A stretch of 64,000 nucleotides of DNA. Source: an uncultured bacterium (GTDB taxonomy: Bacteria > Omnitrophota > Omnitrophia > Omnitrophales > Abzuiibacteriaceae). This document shows positions 8,335-18,659 of the stretch, one piece after another (position 1 is the stretch's first letter; every line of letters starts with the position of its first letter). The position numbers and the translations under genes were made by a program. The DNA is taken from positions 25,521-89,520 of the forward strand of contig CAYLXA010000013.1 in assembly GCA_964387845.1 (NCBI GenBank), given 5' to 3'. The notes beneath the pieces were generated by a model. The model did no database searches. It saw only the letters and a list, made by a program, of their open reading frames with translations, and was not told the origin of the DNA.

Positions 8335-9816
8335 TTATACCTCCTGGAATTCAAATTTCAGGAGCTGTGATAAAATTTTCCCGGTCCAACGGTAAATATT
8401 GTTCTGGGCGACGATTTCGCGCATTTTACGCATGCGTTTCTCTTTTTCCTCCTGCGGCATCGCGAACGCTTGCTCAATCGCATCTGCAAATTGCTCCGAA
8501 TCGTAAGGATTGATCAAAATCGCATCCGACAACTCTCTGGATGCGCCTGTGAATTTTGACAGGATCAGAGCACCGCCCAAATCCTCGCGCGCCGCAACAA
8601 ATTCCTTTGAAACCAAATTCATTCCGTCGTGAAGCGAGCTCACAACACAAACATCCGCCATCCGGTAAAGGGCTAGAATGTCGTCATAACTCACATAAGT
8701 ACGCTTTAATACGATAGGTGCCCACGAATCAGTAGAATGTTTCCAGTTAATTTCCTCTACAAGCCCGTTAATTTCATCATTCAGATGTTTATAGCGAGGA
8801 ATGTGAATTCTTGAGATTTGGCCTATTTGAAGGAAAATAAATTTTTCTTTGTATTGAGGATATTTTTCAAGAAACCGGTCTATCGCGCGCAGTCTTTCGG
8901 GAATGCCCTTAGTGTAATCAATCCGGTCTACGCCGACGATTAATTTCAAATCACCGATTGAATACTCATCACGCAAGTTCTGAATCCGTGACCGGGTTTT
9001 GTCCGACGATGCTTGTTCCGAAATGGCTTCGAAATCAACCGAAATCGGAAATGCGCGTATCAGTGCTTCATGATTTTGAAACGAAACCGAGTCACGTTCA
9101 CGGTCAATCCGGCTTTCAACCTCGCGGTCAACCGTTGCGAAAAAATTATCCATGTGGTAACGAATCTGAAATCCGACAAGGTCGCACGATAAGAATCCTT
9201 CCAAAATTTCCTGTTTTTGCGGGCAAATCCTAAATACTTCCGGATTCGGCCACGGAATATGCCAGAAAATCGATGTGATGATATTCAAACGCCCGGAATC
9301 ACGTAGATATTTGGCAACGAGTGCGAGCTGAAAATCCTGGATCCAGACAAAAGCTTTTTCATTTCCGACTTCTGCTAAAACCGCATCCGCGAACATTTTG
9401 TTTACCTTCTGATAGGATTTCCAGTCGGCGTCGTTAAATAACGGCCTCGTATAAGCCACATGGCACAATGGCCAAAGCCCCTCATTGGAAAAACCGTAAT
9501 AGTATTTGTCACGGTCTTCTTTGCTGAGAAACATGCGTTTTAACTGGTAAGAAGGATTGTGCGGCGGGAGCATGACTTTTGAATTTGCATCGACCGCTTT
9601 TTTGTCGTGCTCACTTGAGGAGGCAGCAATCCAAGTTCCTTGGACGGCTTCCATGACGGGGCTAAGGGCGGTTACGAGGCCGCCCGGTTCGCGCTGACAG
9701 ATTAATTTACCGCTTTGCAGAACATGCTTGAACGGCTGCCGATTGGAGACTACGATGAGTTTATAGTCGGACAAACGTTCTTGTATGGTTTTTTGAAGCG
9801 TTTCTTTGGTCCACAT
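8335..9816 (-). CDS. otsA: Alpha,alpha-trehalose-phosphate synthase (GT20)
   Basis: The 493-aa protein has IVVSNRQP and GGLVTAL and a GT20-like layout. It abuts otsB. Confidence 0.9.
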   Translation of the reverse strand: MWTKETLQKTIQERLSDYKLIVVSNRQPFKHVLQSGKLICQREPGGLVTALSPVMEAVQGTWIAASSSEHDKKAVDANSKVMLPPHNPSYQLKRMFLSKEDRDKYYYGFSNEGLWPLCHVAYTRPLFNDADWKSYQKVNKMFADAVLAEVGNEKAFVWIQDFQLALVAKYLRDSGRLNIITSIFWHIPWPNPEVFRICPQKQEILEGFLSCDLVGFQIRYHMDNFFATVDREVESRIDRERDSVSFQNHEALIRAFPISVDFEAISEQASSDKTRSRIQNLRDEYSIGDLKLIVGVDRIDYTKGIPERLRAIDRFLEKYPQYKEKFIFLQIGQISRIHIPRYKHLNDEINGLVEEINWKHSTDSWAPIVLKRTYVSYDDILALYRMADVCVVSSLHDGMNLVSKEFVAAREDLGGALILSKFTGASRELSDAILINPYDSEQFADAIEQAFAMPQEEKEKRMRKMREIVAQNNIYRWTGKILSQLLKFEFQEV

Positions 9817-9825
9817 GATTTTGCC

Positions 9826-9872
9826 TTAAAATAGAAACCGCCACCTGAATTTTTCATTCAGATGGCGGCCCG
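9826..9872 (-). terminator. Hairpin plus U-tract between nuoN and otsA. It may be an intrinsic terminator or attenuator, read on the minus strand.
   Basis: Arms of 13-15 bp (aaccgccacctgaat / attcagatggcgg, one mismatch) with a 5-nt loop. The minus-strand RNA continues UUUCUAUUUU. The hairpin ends only ~20 nt before the otsA start. Confidence 0.4.
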
Positions 9873-10020
9873 GCCATCACTTCAAATTTAACCTCCGGAA
9901 TATTTCCGGACCCTTTGGCGTAGAAAAGATTTTAAACCGTTTTTAAAATAAGGGCAAGGTTTTTATCCGAGTTTAGGAGAAATTTTCTACGAATTTTATT
10001 TTCGACGGGTGAAAAATATT

Positions 10021-11457
10021 TTAGATTGCGAAGAAATTGACGAGTGCGACCTGGACGAAGGAAATCACGCTGGAAGGAAAAAGGCCGATTGCGACGGTTC
10101 CAAAAAGCGCCACAACAACGCAGGCAATCGCCAAATTGGAAGCCGTAACCGGTGAATGTTTGTCGCTGTGCGTGAGGTACATCGCGCGGACAATTTTGAA
10201 ATAATAAACCGCTGCGATGGCGCTGTTGATGGCGGCTGCAACTGCGAGCATGATGAAACTATGCTGAATCGCACTCGCAAACACAAACCATTTTCCGATA
10301 AATCCCGCAAGCGGTGGAATTCCGGCCAAAGACAACATAAAAATCAGCATGCAGGCCGCTAAAAATGGATTTCGTTTAGAAAGGCCGTTTAACGCCTCAA
10401 TGCGGCTTGAGCCCTCGCTCTCCTCAATGGCGGCAAGCGTCAAAAAAGCGCCCATATTGGTAAAGATGTAGGTGATGATATAAATGAAAACTGCTTCAAC
10501 GCCGGTTCCTGAGGCCGTGGCAAGTCCCATTAATATGTAGCCGGCTTGCGCAACGCTGGAATAGGCCAAAAGGCGTTTGGCACTGGCCTGAGAGACAGCC
10601 GTGATGTTGCCGATCGTCATAGTCAAAATGGAAAGCACAACCAAAATCGAGCTCCATTCGGCGTGGAAATTTTGAAAAGCGCTGAATAAAACACGGCAGA
10701 TCACCAAAAAGCCAATGCCTTTCGGTGCGACGGTCAAAAACGCCGCAATCGGTGTCGGCGCACCTTCATAAACATCCGGCGCCCAGGCATGAAACGGCAC
10801 GGATGAAATCTTGAATCCGAATCCGACCAACAGGAACACAAGCGCTACCTTTGCCGTGGCGATGATGGAAGGGCTTGCGGCTTTAAAAACGGCGTTCATT
10901 TGCGTGAGCTCTAACGTTCCCGTGAGGCCAAACAAAATCGACATGCCGAAAAGCATGCAGGCTGATGAAACGCCGCCGAAGAGAAGGTACTTGAGTGATG
11001 CTTCGCTCGAGCGTTTATCGAATTTACGGAAACCGGTCAATATATAGGAAGACAGCGAAACCGATTCGATCGCGAGGAAAATCATCAGCAAATTGGTGGT
11101 AGAACCCATCAAAACGAGCAGGAATAGCAGAAAAGTGACCAAGAAATAGAATTCTCCCTTTTGCTTTTCCGGAATCAGTTTGGATTGAATCACGGAAGCG
11201 ATGGCAAGGCTTGTCGCAATCGCAAGGCCGATCTGGAGAAAATAGCTGAACACATCGTAATAAAAGAGCCCCGAAAAAAGCGACATGGCTTTTTGCGGAT
11301 AAGGCAAAAGCCAGAGGGAAACCGTAATGCCGATGAGCGCAATGAGGCCGTTCACTTTTTGTTCGAGGCCAAAAAGATCGAGCACCAAAACAAGCAGTGC
11401 AGCGCCAATTAAGACGGCGTGCGGAATAAAATACGGTAAGCTCGCGAGTGCGTCCAT
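10021..11457 (-). CDS. nuoN: NADH-quinone oxidoreductase subunit N
   Basis: The 478-aa polytopic antiporter-like subunit is last in the nuo operon. Confidence 0.9.
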   Translation of the reverse strand: MDALASLPYFIPHAVLIGAALLVLVLDLFGLEQKVNGLIALIGITVSLWLLPYPQKAMSLFSGLFYYDVFSYFLQIGLAIATSLAIASVIQSKLIPEKQKGEFYFLVTFLLFLLVLMGSTTNLLMIFLAIESVSLSSYILTGFRKFDKRSSEASLKYLLFGGVSSACMLFGMSILFGLTGTLELTQMNAVFKAASPSIIATAKVALVFLLVGFGFKISSVPFHAWAPDVYEGAPTPIAAFLTVAPKGIGFLVICRVLFSAFQNFHAEWSSILVVLSILTMTIGNITAVSQASAKRLLAYSSVAQAGYILMGLATASGTGVEAVFIYIITYIFTNMGAFLTLAAIEESEGSSRIEALNGLSKRNPFLAACMLIFMLSLAGIPPLAGFIGKWFVFASAIQHSFIMLAVAAAINSAIAAVYYFKIVRAMYLTHSDKHSPVTASNLAIACVVVALFGTVAIGLFPSSVISFVQVALVNFFAI

Positions 11458-11458
11458 A

Positions 11459-12928
11459 TTACATTAAACTTCCGATTTGGGCCAAAAGCGCGTTCATGCT
11501 CGGCGTCATCACATCAAGAATCAGTTTTGGATAAACGCCCAGGACTAAAATAATCACCATGAGCGGAATAATCGTAAAAAGCTCGCGCGCGTTGATATCC
11601 GTCAGTTTTTCCCACTTCTGGTTAAACGGCCCGAGCAATACTTTTTGAATCATGTAAAGCAGGTAGCAGGCAGCCAAGAGGATTCCGATGCAGGAAATTC
11701 CGGTGATCCAGGGATAAATTTTGAATGCGCCGAGCAATACCATAAATTCACTGACGAAACCGCTCAGGCCCGGCAAACCCATCGAAGCGAACGTTACAAA
11801 AATCAAAACGCCCGAATAAACACTCATTTTCACACCCAAGCCGCCGAAGGCGTTCATGTCGCGTGTATGAGCGCGGTCATATAAAACACCAACCAGCAAG
11901 AAGAGCGCGCCGGTGATGGTTCCGTGGTTGAACATTTGAAGCATGGCGCCGTTTAAGCCGTTTTGCGTAAAAACCGCGAGGCCCAACAGCACAAAACCCA
12001 TGTGGCTGACGCTGGAATAAGCGACCATTTTTTTGAAATCGGTTTGCGCAAACGCTACGAATCCGCCGTAAACGATTCCGATTGCAGCCAAAATGCCCAT
12101 CGCAAGCGAAAACCAATGTGCCCCAAGCGGCAAAATCGGATAGCTGATCCTGAAAAATCCGTAGGTCCCCATTTTAAGAAGCACGGCCGCCAGAATCACG
12201 CTGATCGGTGTCGGCGCTTCAACGTGCGCATCCGGAAGCCACGTGTGGAACGGGAAAACCGGGACTTTGATCGCAAACCCGAGGAAAAACGCGAGAAAAA
12301 TGATTTTTTGGAATTCCAAGCTAAAGGAATTGTTGCGGAGCGCGATCATGTCAAACGTATGCGGCGTGCTCGAGAAAAAGAGCGCCAAAATACCCAGCAG
12401 CATGAACAAACTTCCGGCCAATGTGTAAATAAAAAACTTAATTGCCGCATATTCTTTGCGCGGTCCGCCCCAGATGCCGATCAGGAAATACATCGGAACC
12501 AGCACCACTTCCCAAAAAACGTAAAAAAGGAAAAGATCGAGAGACAAAAATGTGCCGAACATACCGGTTTCAAGCAACAAATAAAGCGCGAAGTATTCTT
12601 TTACGCGGTCTTTGATGCCGTAACTTGCGACACAAGCCAGAAGGGAAATCAAGCCGGTGAGGAAAATCATCGTTACGCTGATGCCGTCGATTCCGAGTGA
12701 ATAAAAAACGTTCAACGGCTCGATCCAGCTGATTTTTTCCGCAAATTGAATGCCGGTGTTGGCGGAGTCAAAGTTAAGCGTGACGTAAGTCGTGAGCAGA
12801 AACACGACTGCGCTAACCGACGTTGCGATGGTCCGGATTAATTTTGTGTTTTCCTTCGGCGCGAGCATCGTCAAAATCATGCCGACGACCGGCAAAAATA
12901 TAATGGAAGACAGAATTGGAAAATTCAT
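11459..12928 (-). CDS. nuoM: NADH-quinone oxidoreductase subunit M
   Basis: The 489-aa antiporter-like subunit has the motifs HTWLPDA and VSHMG. Confidence 0.9.
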   Translation of the reverse strand: MNFPILSSIIFLPVVGMILTMLAPKENTKLIRTIATSVSAVVFLLTTYVTLNFDSANTGIQFAEKISWIEPLNVFYSLGIDGISVTMIFLTGLISLLACVASYGIKDRVKEYFALYLLLETGMFGTFLSLDLFLFYVFWEVVLVPMYFLIGIWGGPRKEYAAIKFFIYTLAGSLFMLLGILALFFSSTPHTFDMIALRNNSFSLEFQKIIFLAFFLGFAIKVPVFPFHTWLPDAHVEAPTPISVILAAVLLKMGTYGFFRISYPILPLGAHWFSLAMGILAAIGIVYGGFVAFAQTDFKKMVAYSSVSHMGFVLLGLAVFTQNGLNGAMLQMFNHGTITGALFLLVGVLYDRAHTRDMNAFGGLGVKMSVYSGVLIFVTFASMGLPGLSGFVSEFMVLLGAFKIYPWITGISCIGILLAACYLLYMIQKVLLGPFNQKWEKLTDINARELFTIIPLMVIILVLGVYPKLILDVMTPSMNALLAQIGSLM

Positions 12929-12942
12929 CGAGTAAATCTCCT

Positions 12943-14853
12943 TTATTTAAAAACTCCGTAAAGAATCCACAAAATTCCGACAAAAACGAAAAATAGATAA
13001 TGATGGATAAATCCGGTTTGGAAAAGCCGCAGCACGGAACTCAAAGTTTGCGTGATCCATCCCGTAAAGTTCACCAAGCCGTCAACGATATGCTGATCGA
13101 TCCAAAATTTTACCCGAGCACTCCATTTGCCGAAGCGGCCCGTATCATTCACGATGCGGTCGACAACTTTTTGATCGAATTGAAATAAGAAATCCGCCTT
13201 CCATTGAAATAAGCGGCCGAATGTGGCGCTATAAATTTCATCGAAATAAAGTTTGTTGAGAGAAACCGTGTAAAGCGGTTTCAGGCTTTGTGCGATTTTA
13301 GCCGGAATGTCGGTTCTCACCAGATAAAACACGTAAGCCATTACAGCACCTAGAGTTGCAACAACTATCGATAGAATCATCAGCGTGTAATTTGGATGAA
13401 TTTCCTCCGGATGGCCGCCGTGCAAAAAGGTTTGAAACCAATGATGCATGAAAGGCGAACCGGGAATACCGGCACCGACCGCAAACACAGCCAAAATCAT
13501 CAAAGGAACCGTCATCGACGCAGGGGATTCGTGCGCGTGAATGTGGCCGCGTGTTTTTCCGAAGAAAGTCAAAAATGTGAGCCGGAACATGTAAAAGGAA
13601 GTTAAAAATGCAGTGATAACAAGCAGCGCCAAGATAACGTAATGCCCGGACTCGTAAGCGCTGAGCAGAATTTCATCTTTGCTCCAAAATCCGGCAAACG
13701 GCGGAATGCCTGCGATTGCGATTGTCGCGATTAAAAATGTCCACGCCGTTTTCGGCATATGCTTGAACAGCCCGCCCATTTCACGAATGTCCTGCGTACC
13801 TGTGCCGTGAATCACGGAACCGGCGCCCAAAAAGAGCAGTGCTTTGAAAAACGCGTGCGTCATTAAATGAAAAGAGCCGGCGCTGAATCCTCCGCAGCCC
13901 AAAGCTGCGATCATATAACCAAGCTGAGAAATCGTTGAATAGGCGAGCACTTTTTTAATATCCGTTTGCGTCAGTGCAATAAAAGCACCGATGCAAGCGG
14001 TTGTGGTTCCGATAACAGCCACAACGTCAGCGGAATTTGGAAACGCTTCATAAAGCGGCGTGAGGCGCGCAACCATGTAAACGCCTGCGGCCACCATTGT
14101 CGCGGCGTGAATCAAAGCACTGACGGGTGTCGGGCCTTCCATCGCATCCGGAAGCCATACGTGAAGCGGAAACTGCGCCGATTTTCCGATGGCACCGCAA
14201 AAGAGGAAAATTCCGGCAATTCCGACAATCCAGGCATTGTGATGATGGAAGAAGTCGTGATTGAAATCCGCGAAAAGTACGGTCCCGGTGGAATAAAAAA
14301 GAAGTGCAATGCCGATGAAAAATCCGACGTCGCCGATCCGGTTTGTGATAAACGCTTTCTTGCTGGCGTCAGAAGCGGATTTCTTTTCAAACCAGAATCC
14401 GATCAAAAAGTAAGAGCAAAGGCCGACAAGCTCCCAGAAAATATACATTTGGACAAGATTGGTTGCGAGCACAAGGCCGAGCATCGAAAATAAAAAGAGC
14501 GCCAAGTAAGCGAAAAAGCGCGAATACCGCGCATCTTCATGCATGTAGCCTGTCGAGTAAATCACGATGAGTGAGCCGATGAATGTGACGACAAAAAGCA
14601 TCATCGCGGTCAAAGGATCCACCATAAATCCGAATTGAAGCGCTTTAGCGCCGAAGGGAAGCCAGTCAAAATTGATGAGAATCGTCTCGCCTTTCAGAAC
14701 CGGCTGAATGACGATCATCGACAAAATAAAAGAACCGACGCTGGCTGCGATGGTGACGAGCGAGGCTTTGTGCTTCAGCGTTTTTCCGAAGAAAATATTA
14801 ATCGTAAACGCCGCGAGCGGAAGTAATGGAATTAAAGCGAGTTGAGTTACCAT
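12943..14853 (-). CDS. nuoL: NADH-quinone oxidoreductase subunit L
   Basis: The 636-aa protein has HVWLPDAMEGPTPVSALIHAATMV and a C-terminal long-helix region. Confidence 0.9.
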   Translation of the reverse strand: MVTQLALIPLLPLAAFTINIFFGKTLKHKASLVTIAASVGSFILSMIVIQPVLKGETILINFDWLPFGAKALQFGFMVDPLTAMMLFVVTFIGSLIVIYSTGYMHEDARYSRFFAYLALFLFSMLGLVLATNLVQMYIFWELVGLCSYFLIGFWFEKKSASDASKKAFITNRIGDVGFFIGIALLFYSTGTVLFADFNHDFFHHHNAWIVGIAGIFLFCGAIGKSAQFPLHVWLPDAMEGPTPVSALIHAATMVAAGVYMVARLTPLYEAFPNSADVVAVIGTTTACIGAFIALTQTDIKKVLAYSTISQLGYMIAALGCGGFSAGSFHLMTHAFFKALLFLGAGSVIHGTGTQDIREMGGLFKHMPKTAWTFLIATIAIAGIPPFAGFWSKDEILLSAYESGHYVILALLVITAFLTSFYMFRLTFLTFFGKTRGHIHAHESPASMTVPLMILAVFAVGAGIPGSPFMHHWFQTFLHGGHPEEIHPNYTLMILSIVVATLGAVMAYVFYLVRTDIPAKIAQSLKPLYTVSLNKLYFDEIYSATFGRLFQWKADFLFQFDQKVVDRIVNDTGRFGKWSARVKFWIDQHIVDGLVNFTGWITQTLSSVLRLFQTGFIHHYLFFVFVGILWILYGVFK

Positions 14854-15155
14854 TTTAAAAGGTCGATTTCGTCTGTGTAAATGGTGTCCTGGTTTCTATA
14901 GATAGAAAGTACGATCGCAAGGCCGACGCCGGCTGCTGCGGCCGCCATCACAATGATAAAGACCGCAAAAATCTGCCCCACTTCCGGGCTTGTATTGGTG
15001 TAGCGCGAGAAGGCGACCAAATTAACATTGACGGAATTAATCATGATTTCGATCGCGATTAAAATTCCGACAATATGGCGGCGCGTCAAAACGCCGTAAA
15101 GCCCGATGCAAAAAAGAATCGAGGTAAACACCAAAATATGCTGAAGCGGTACCAT
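14847..15155 (-). CDS. nuoK: NADH-quinone oxidoreductase subunit K
   Basis: The 102-aa protein has three TM helices. It overlaps nuoL and nuoJ by a few nucleotides. Confidence 0.9.
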   Translation of the reverse strand: MVPLQHILVFTSILFCIGLYGVLTRRHIVGILIAIEIMINSVNVNLVAFSRYTNTSPEVGQIFAVFIIVMAAAAAGVGLAIVLSIYRNQDTIYTDEIDLLKW

Positions 15156-15658
15156 TATTGGTCTCCCCGTGCAATCACAATTGCGCCGATCAAAGCCACG
15201 ACCAAAACAATCGAAATAATTTCAAACGGAAGCACATAATTTCCCATAAACGCTTTTCCGATTGCGACGGCGTCCACGGTGGTCAAGTTGTCTTTCACCG
15301 GCCACGCCGTGTGAGTCATTACTCGGACTAGAAACCCGATTAAAATCGCAATACCGATCGCGACCGGAATTTTTTGCCGGTTCGATGTCGGAATGGAGGT
15401 GTCGCCCATTTTTGAAGTCATCATAACGGCGAAAATAACGAGCGTGACGATGGCGCCCACATACAGCAAAATTTGAATGGCGCCCAGAAATTCGGCGTGC
15501 ATGACAAAATAGGTTCCAGCAACACCCAAAAGTGCAAATACGAGCCCGAGCGCGGCGTGGAAAATATTCCGTACGGTCACCGCAAGAAGCGCTGACAGTA
15601 ACGTGATGCCAAAAATGGCATAGATTCCGTATTTGGTAATCGCTGCTAGTACGTCCAT
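15155..15658 (-). CDS. nuoJ: NADH-quinone oxidoreductase subunit J
   Basis: The 167-aa membrane subunit sits at the right position in the operon. Confidence 0.85.
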   Translation of the reverse strand: MDVLAAITKYGIYAIFGITLLSALLAVTVRNIFHAALGLVFALLGVAGTYFVMHAEFLGAIQILLYVGAIVTLVIFAVMMTSKMGDTSIPTSNRQKIPVAIGIAILIGFLVRVMTHTAWPVKDNLTTVDAVAIGKAFMGNYVLPFEIISIVLVVALIGAIVIARGDQ

Positions 15659-15669
15659 AAATTCCTTAT

Positions 15670-16809
15670 TTATTCTGCGTATCGATAAACCCGCTTCTTG
15701 GGAAGCATCGGTTTATTGATTGCCAGTAAAATAAAAACACTGAAAGCCAAAACAACACCTGTCGTGACAAAGTTCATCGGGAATGCCGAGCTTTTCCAGA
15801 GACAAGCGACAAAAATATTGACTAATGATAACGGAAGCAAAAATTTCCACGCAAAACCCATCAGCTGATCGACGCGCAGGCGCGGAAATGTGCCGCGGAA
15901 CCACATCATCGTGAAAATAAGTGCGTATGTTTTAATCAAAAACCAAACCCAGCTGGGGAGAAGAGGGCCTTGCCAGCCGCCCAGATAAACGGTTGCGACC
16001 AGGGCTGAAACCGTAAACACATTCATAAATTCGGCCATATAAAAGAGCGCGAACTTCATGCCGCTGTATTCCGTGTGAAACCCGGCGATGATTTCGGATT
16101 CGGCTTCCGGAAGGTCAAACGGCGTGCGGTTGACTTCGGCAACGGCACAGAGAAAGAAAATAAAAAATCCGACAATTCCCCAAGGCGAAAATACGAACCA
16201 ATTCATTCCGGTTTGAGCTTCCACGATTTTTACTGTCGAAAAGGAGCCGACCATTAAAAGAACGGGAACCACGGAAAGAATAAACGGAATTTCATACGAA
16301 ATCATTTGTGCGACGGAACGCATTCCGCCTAAAAGTGAAAACTTATTCCGGGAACCCCACGCAGCCGTGAAAATAAAAACGGTTGTGGTGCCTGAAATCG
16401 CGAGGAAAAACAAAACGCCGATATTAAGATCGGCCGCGATCATGTTGCGGCCGAAGGGAAGCACGGCAAACACCAAAAGCGCCGGAATCACAATCGCGAT
16501 CGGCGCCAGCGTGTGCGCAAATTTGTCGGCACCGGTCGGCACGACGTCTTCTTTTGTCATCATTTTAACGCCGTCCGCCAAAGGCTGCAGAAGACCGAAC
16601 GTTCCGACACGGTTTGGGCCGTAACGATTTTGAACACGAGCTAAAATTTTGCGTTCAAACCATGTGAGGTACATCATCGTAAGTGGCCCGAAAATAGCGA
16701 CGCCCACAATCGGAATTAAAATCGCGACAATGACCACAAGCCAATCAGGCAGAATGGGCGTTACGATACTCACAATCCCTGCTTTTAAATTGACGAATAA
16801 TTGATCCAT
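15670..16809 (-). CDS. nuoH: NADH-quinone oxidoreductase subunit H
   Basis: The ORF-track ORF extends to 16947. Its first 46 residues are Lys/Arg-rich and overlap nuoI, so I trimmed the gene to the internal start MDQLFVNLKAG. The rest is typical NuoH/ND1. Confidence 0.85.
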   Translation of the reverse strand: MDQLFVNLKAGIVSIVTPILPDWLVVIVAILIPIVGVAIFGPLTMMYLTWFERKILARVQNRYGPNRVGTFGLLQPLADGVKMMTKEDVVPTGADKFAHTLAPIAIVIPALLVFAVLPFGRNMIAADLNIGVLFFLAISGTTTVFIFTAAWGSRNKFSLLGGMRSVAQMISYEIPFILSVVPVLLMVGSFSTVKIVEAQTGMNWFVFSPWGIVGFFIFFLCAVAEVNRTPFDLPEAESEIIAGFHTEYSGMKFALFYMAEFMNVFTVSALVATVYLGGWQGPLLPSWVWFLIKTYALIFTMMWFRGTFPRLRVDQLMGFAWKFLLPLSLVNIFVACLWKSSAFPMNFVTTGVVLAFSVFILLAINKPMLPKKRVYRYAE

Positions 16810-16810
16810 G

Positions 16811-17407
16811 TTATGAATTTGCCGGCGGAGTTGGTGGTGTTTGTGGAGCAGCTGCAGCCGCTTTCGCTTGGGCCAATTTCGCCGCAGCTTCCTGTGCCTT
16901 TTTGGCCTCTTCTTTTTTACGGCGGTCTTCAGCGATGCGCGTTGCATCGGTCGGCCGTATCTTCATAAAATATTCCGCCGGTTTCAGGAGCCTGTCTTTC
17001 GTGTAATTCAAATCATTGAAACGGCCGTATTCTCCGAGCTCAAACGTGTGGTCCATGTAAATCGCGTCAAACGGGCAAACTTCTTCGCAAATACCGCAGT
17101 TCATGCAGATGGAGTAATCGATATTGAATACTTTCGGGCGCTTCAGCGGTTTGTTTTGCTCATCGGCGTCTTTGACGATGTGAATGCATTTGGGCGGGCA
17201 TTCTTTCGCGCAAATATCGCACGCCACACAGCGAAGATTATCCGGCGTTGCATCATAAATTAAAAAAGGAAAATTGCGAAAACGCTCTTTTTCCGGCAAA
17301 CGCTCTTCCGGAAACTGAACTGTCGTCAAATGATCTTTTGAAAAATAGCTGGCCACAAAGTTTTTAAGCGTGACCGCCATTCCTTTTAATACACCTAACC
17401 CAAACAT
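16811..17407 (-). CDS. nuoI: NADH-quinone oxidoreductase subunit I (2x[4Fe-4S] ferredoxin) with a C-terminal Ala/Lys/Pro-rich extension
   Basis: Two CxxCxxCxxxCP motifs (CVACDICAKECP and CMNCGICEEVCP). The last ~40 aa, KKEEAKKAQEAAAKLAQAKAAAAAPQTPPTPPANS, are low complexity. Confidence 0.9.
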   Translation of the reverse strand: MFGLGVLKGMAVTLKNFVASYFSKDHLTTVQFPEERLPEKERFRNFPFLIYDATPDNLRCVACDICAKECPPKCIHIVKDADEQNKPLKRPKVFNIDYSICMNCGICEEVCPFDAIYMDHTFELGEYGRFNDLNYTKDRLLKPAEYFMKIRPTDATRIAEDRRKKEEAKKAQEAAAKLAQAKAAAAAPQTPPTPPANS

Positions 17408-17411
17408 CTAA

Positions 17412-17488
17412 ACTCCTAGTTGTAAGTTGTAAGTGGTAAGAGATAAGTAAAAAGCTTTTAACTTAACACTTATCACTTACCACTTATG
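17412..17488. repeat. Palindromic intergenic element of the TAAGT-heptad family (family T), sitting inside the nuo operon between nuoD and nuoI
   Basis: gttgtaagtggtaagagataagt ... acttatcacttaccacttat forms inverted arms around an AT-rich loop. It is built of repeated NNTAAGT heptads. Related copies lie at 36990, 37549, 37975 and 46729. Confidence 0.7.
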
Positions 17489-17490
17489 CC

Positions 17491-18654
17491 TTATCTATCA
17501 ACTTCCCCTAAAACGATATCAACACTTCCAAGAATAATGACAGCATCCGCCACTTTGTGGCCGAGGCACATATCTTCTAAAATCGTCAAATTAACAAAGC
17601 TGGGCGCACGGACGTGATAACGATATGGTTTGTTCGTGCCGTCGGAAACCAGATAAAATCCAAGCTCGCCCTTAGGCGCTTCGATGCGGCTGTAAACATC
17701 GCCTTTCGGCGGCTTGAAGTTACGCGGCGTTTTTCCGATTGTGGCACCTTGCTTTGAAATATGCTCACCGGCCGGAATTTCTTTTACGGCCTGCTCCAGA
17801 ATCTTGATACTTTCACGCATTTCCAAAATACGGACATAATAACGGTCATACACATCGCCATGGTCGCCTAGCGGCACGCGGAACTTGAAACGATTATAAA
17901 TTCCGTAACCATCAACTTTGCGAATGTCGTAATCAACACCGGCCGCGCGAAGCATGGGGCCTGTGACACCTGCATTAATTGCCAAATCTTTGGGTAAAAC
18001 ACCGACGCCTTGCGTGCGGGACATTAAAATTTCGTTTTCGGAAAGCAATTTTTCGAATTCATCGAGAAACTTCGGATATTTTTGGATAACTTCTTTCACG
18101 CGAGGCAAAAAATCCTCCGTCACATCCAGTTTTTGTCCGCCGAAGCGGAAATAATTACACATCATGCGTGAGCCGGCAACGCTTTCGAATAAATCGAGAA
18201 TTTTTTCGCGCTCGCGGAATGCATAAAGCACGGGCGTAAAGAATGCGCCCAAGTCATTCAGCAAAAATCCGACGAGGAGCGTGTGATTCACAAGCCGCGT
18301 GAGTTCCGCCATGATGATTCGAATATACTGTGCGCGCTCTGAAACCTCGATTTTGGCGAGTTTTTCAACCGCCATTGCGTAAGAAAAATTGTTGGTCATC
18401 GAGCAGAGATAATCCAAGCGGTCCGTAAAGGGCATCGAGGCCAAGTAAGTCATATTTTCGGCGAGTTTTTCGTGATTGCGGTGCAGATAGCCCATGAAAG
18501 GCTTCAGCTGAACAATGTTTTCGCCGTCGAGTTTAATATCCATCCGGAACACGCCGTGCGTGGAAGGGTGCTGCGGCCCGAGGCTGACTTCGAGCGTTTG
18601 CGTGTCGAGCGTTTTATCGAGTAAATTATGTTCCATATTTATTTTCGTCGTCAT
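17491..18654 (-). CDS. nuoD: NADH-quinone oxidoreductase subunit D (49 kDa)
   Basis: The 387-aa protein has a typical NuoD N-terminus and the C-terminal LGEVDR. Confidence 0.9.
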   Translation of the reverse strand: MTTKINMEHNLLDKTLDTQTLEVSLGPQHPSTHGVFRMDIKLDGENIVQLKPFMGYLHRNHEKLAENMTYLASMPFTDRLDYLCSMTNNFSYAMAVEKLAKIEVSERAQYIRIIMAELTRLVNHTLLVGFLLNDLGAFFTPVLYAFREREKILDLFESVAGSRMMCNYFRFGGQKLDVTEDFLPRVKEVIQKYPKFLDEFEKLLSENEILMSRTQGVGVLPKDLAINAGVTGPMLRAAGVDYDIRKVDGYGIYNRFKFRVPLGDHGDVYDRYYVRILEMRESIKILEQAVKEIPAGEHISKQGATIGKTPRNFKPPKGDVYSRIEAPKGELGFYLVSDGTNKPYRYHVRAPSFVNLTILEDMCLGHKVADAVIILGSVDIVLGEVDR

Positions 18655-18659
18655 TCTGA

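Noticed and set aside
11963-12700. 245-aa plus-strand ORF that is rich in Arg, Lys, Glu and His
   Set aside because: It lies entirely antisense within nuoM. Its charged low-complexity translation is typical of the reverse frame of a membrane-protein gene.
16810-16947. Lys/Arg-rich 46-aa N-terminal extension of the longest nuoH ORF (MQRASLKTAVKKKRPKRHRKLRR...)
   Set aside because: It overlaps the 3' end of nuoI in another frame, and its composition is an artifact of reading G-rich antisense sequence. The NuoH core begins at the internal Met (MDQLFVNL), which abuts the nuoI stop.
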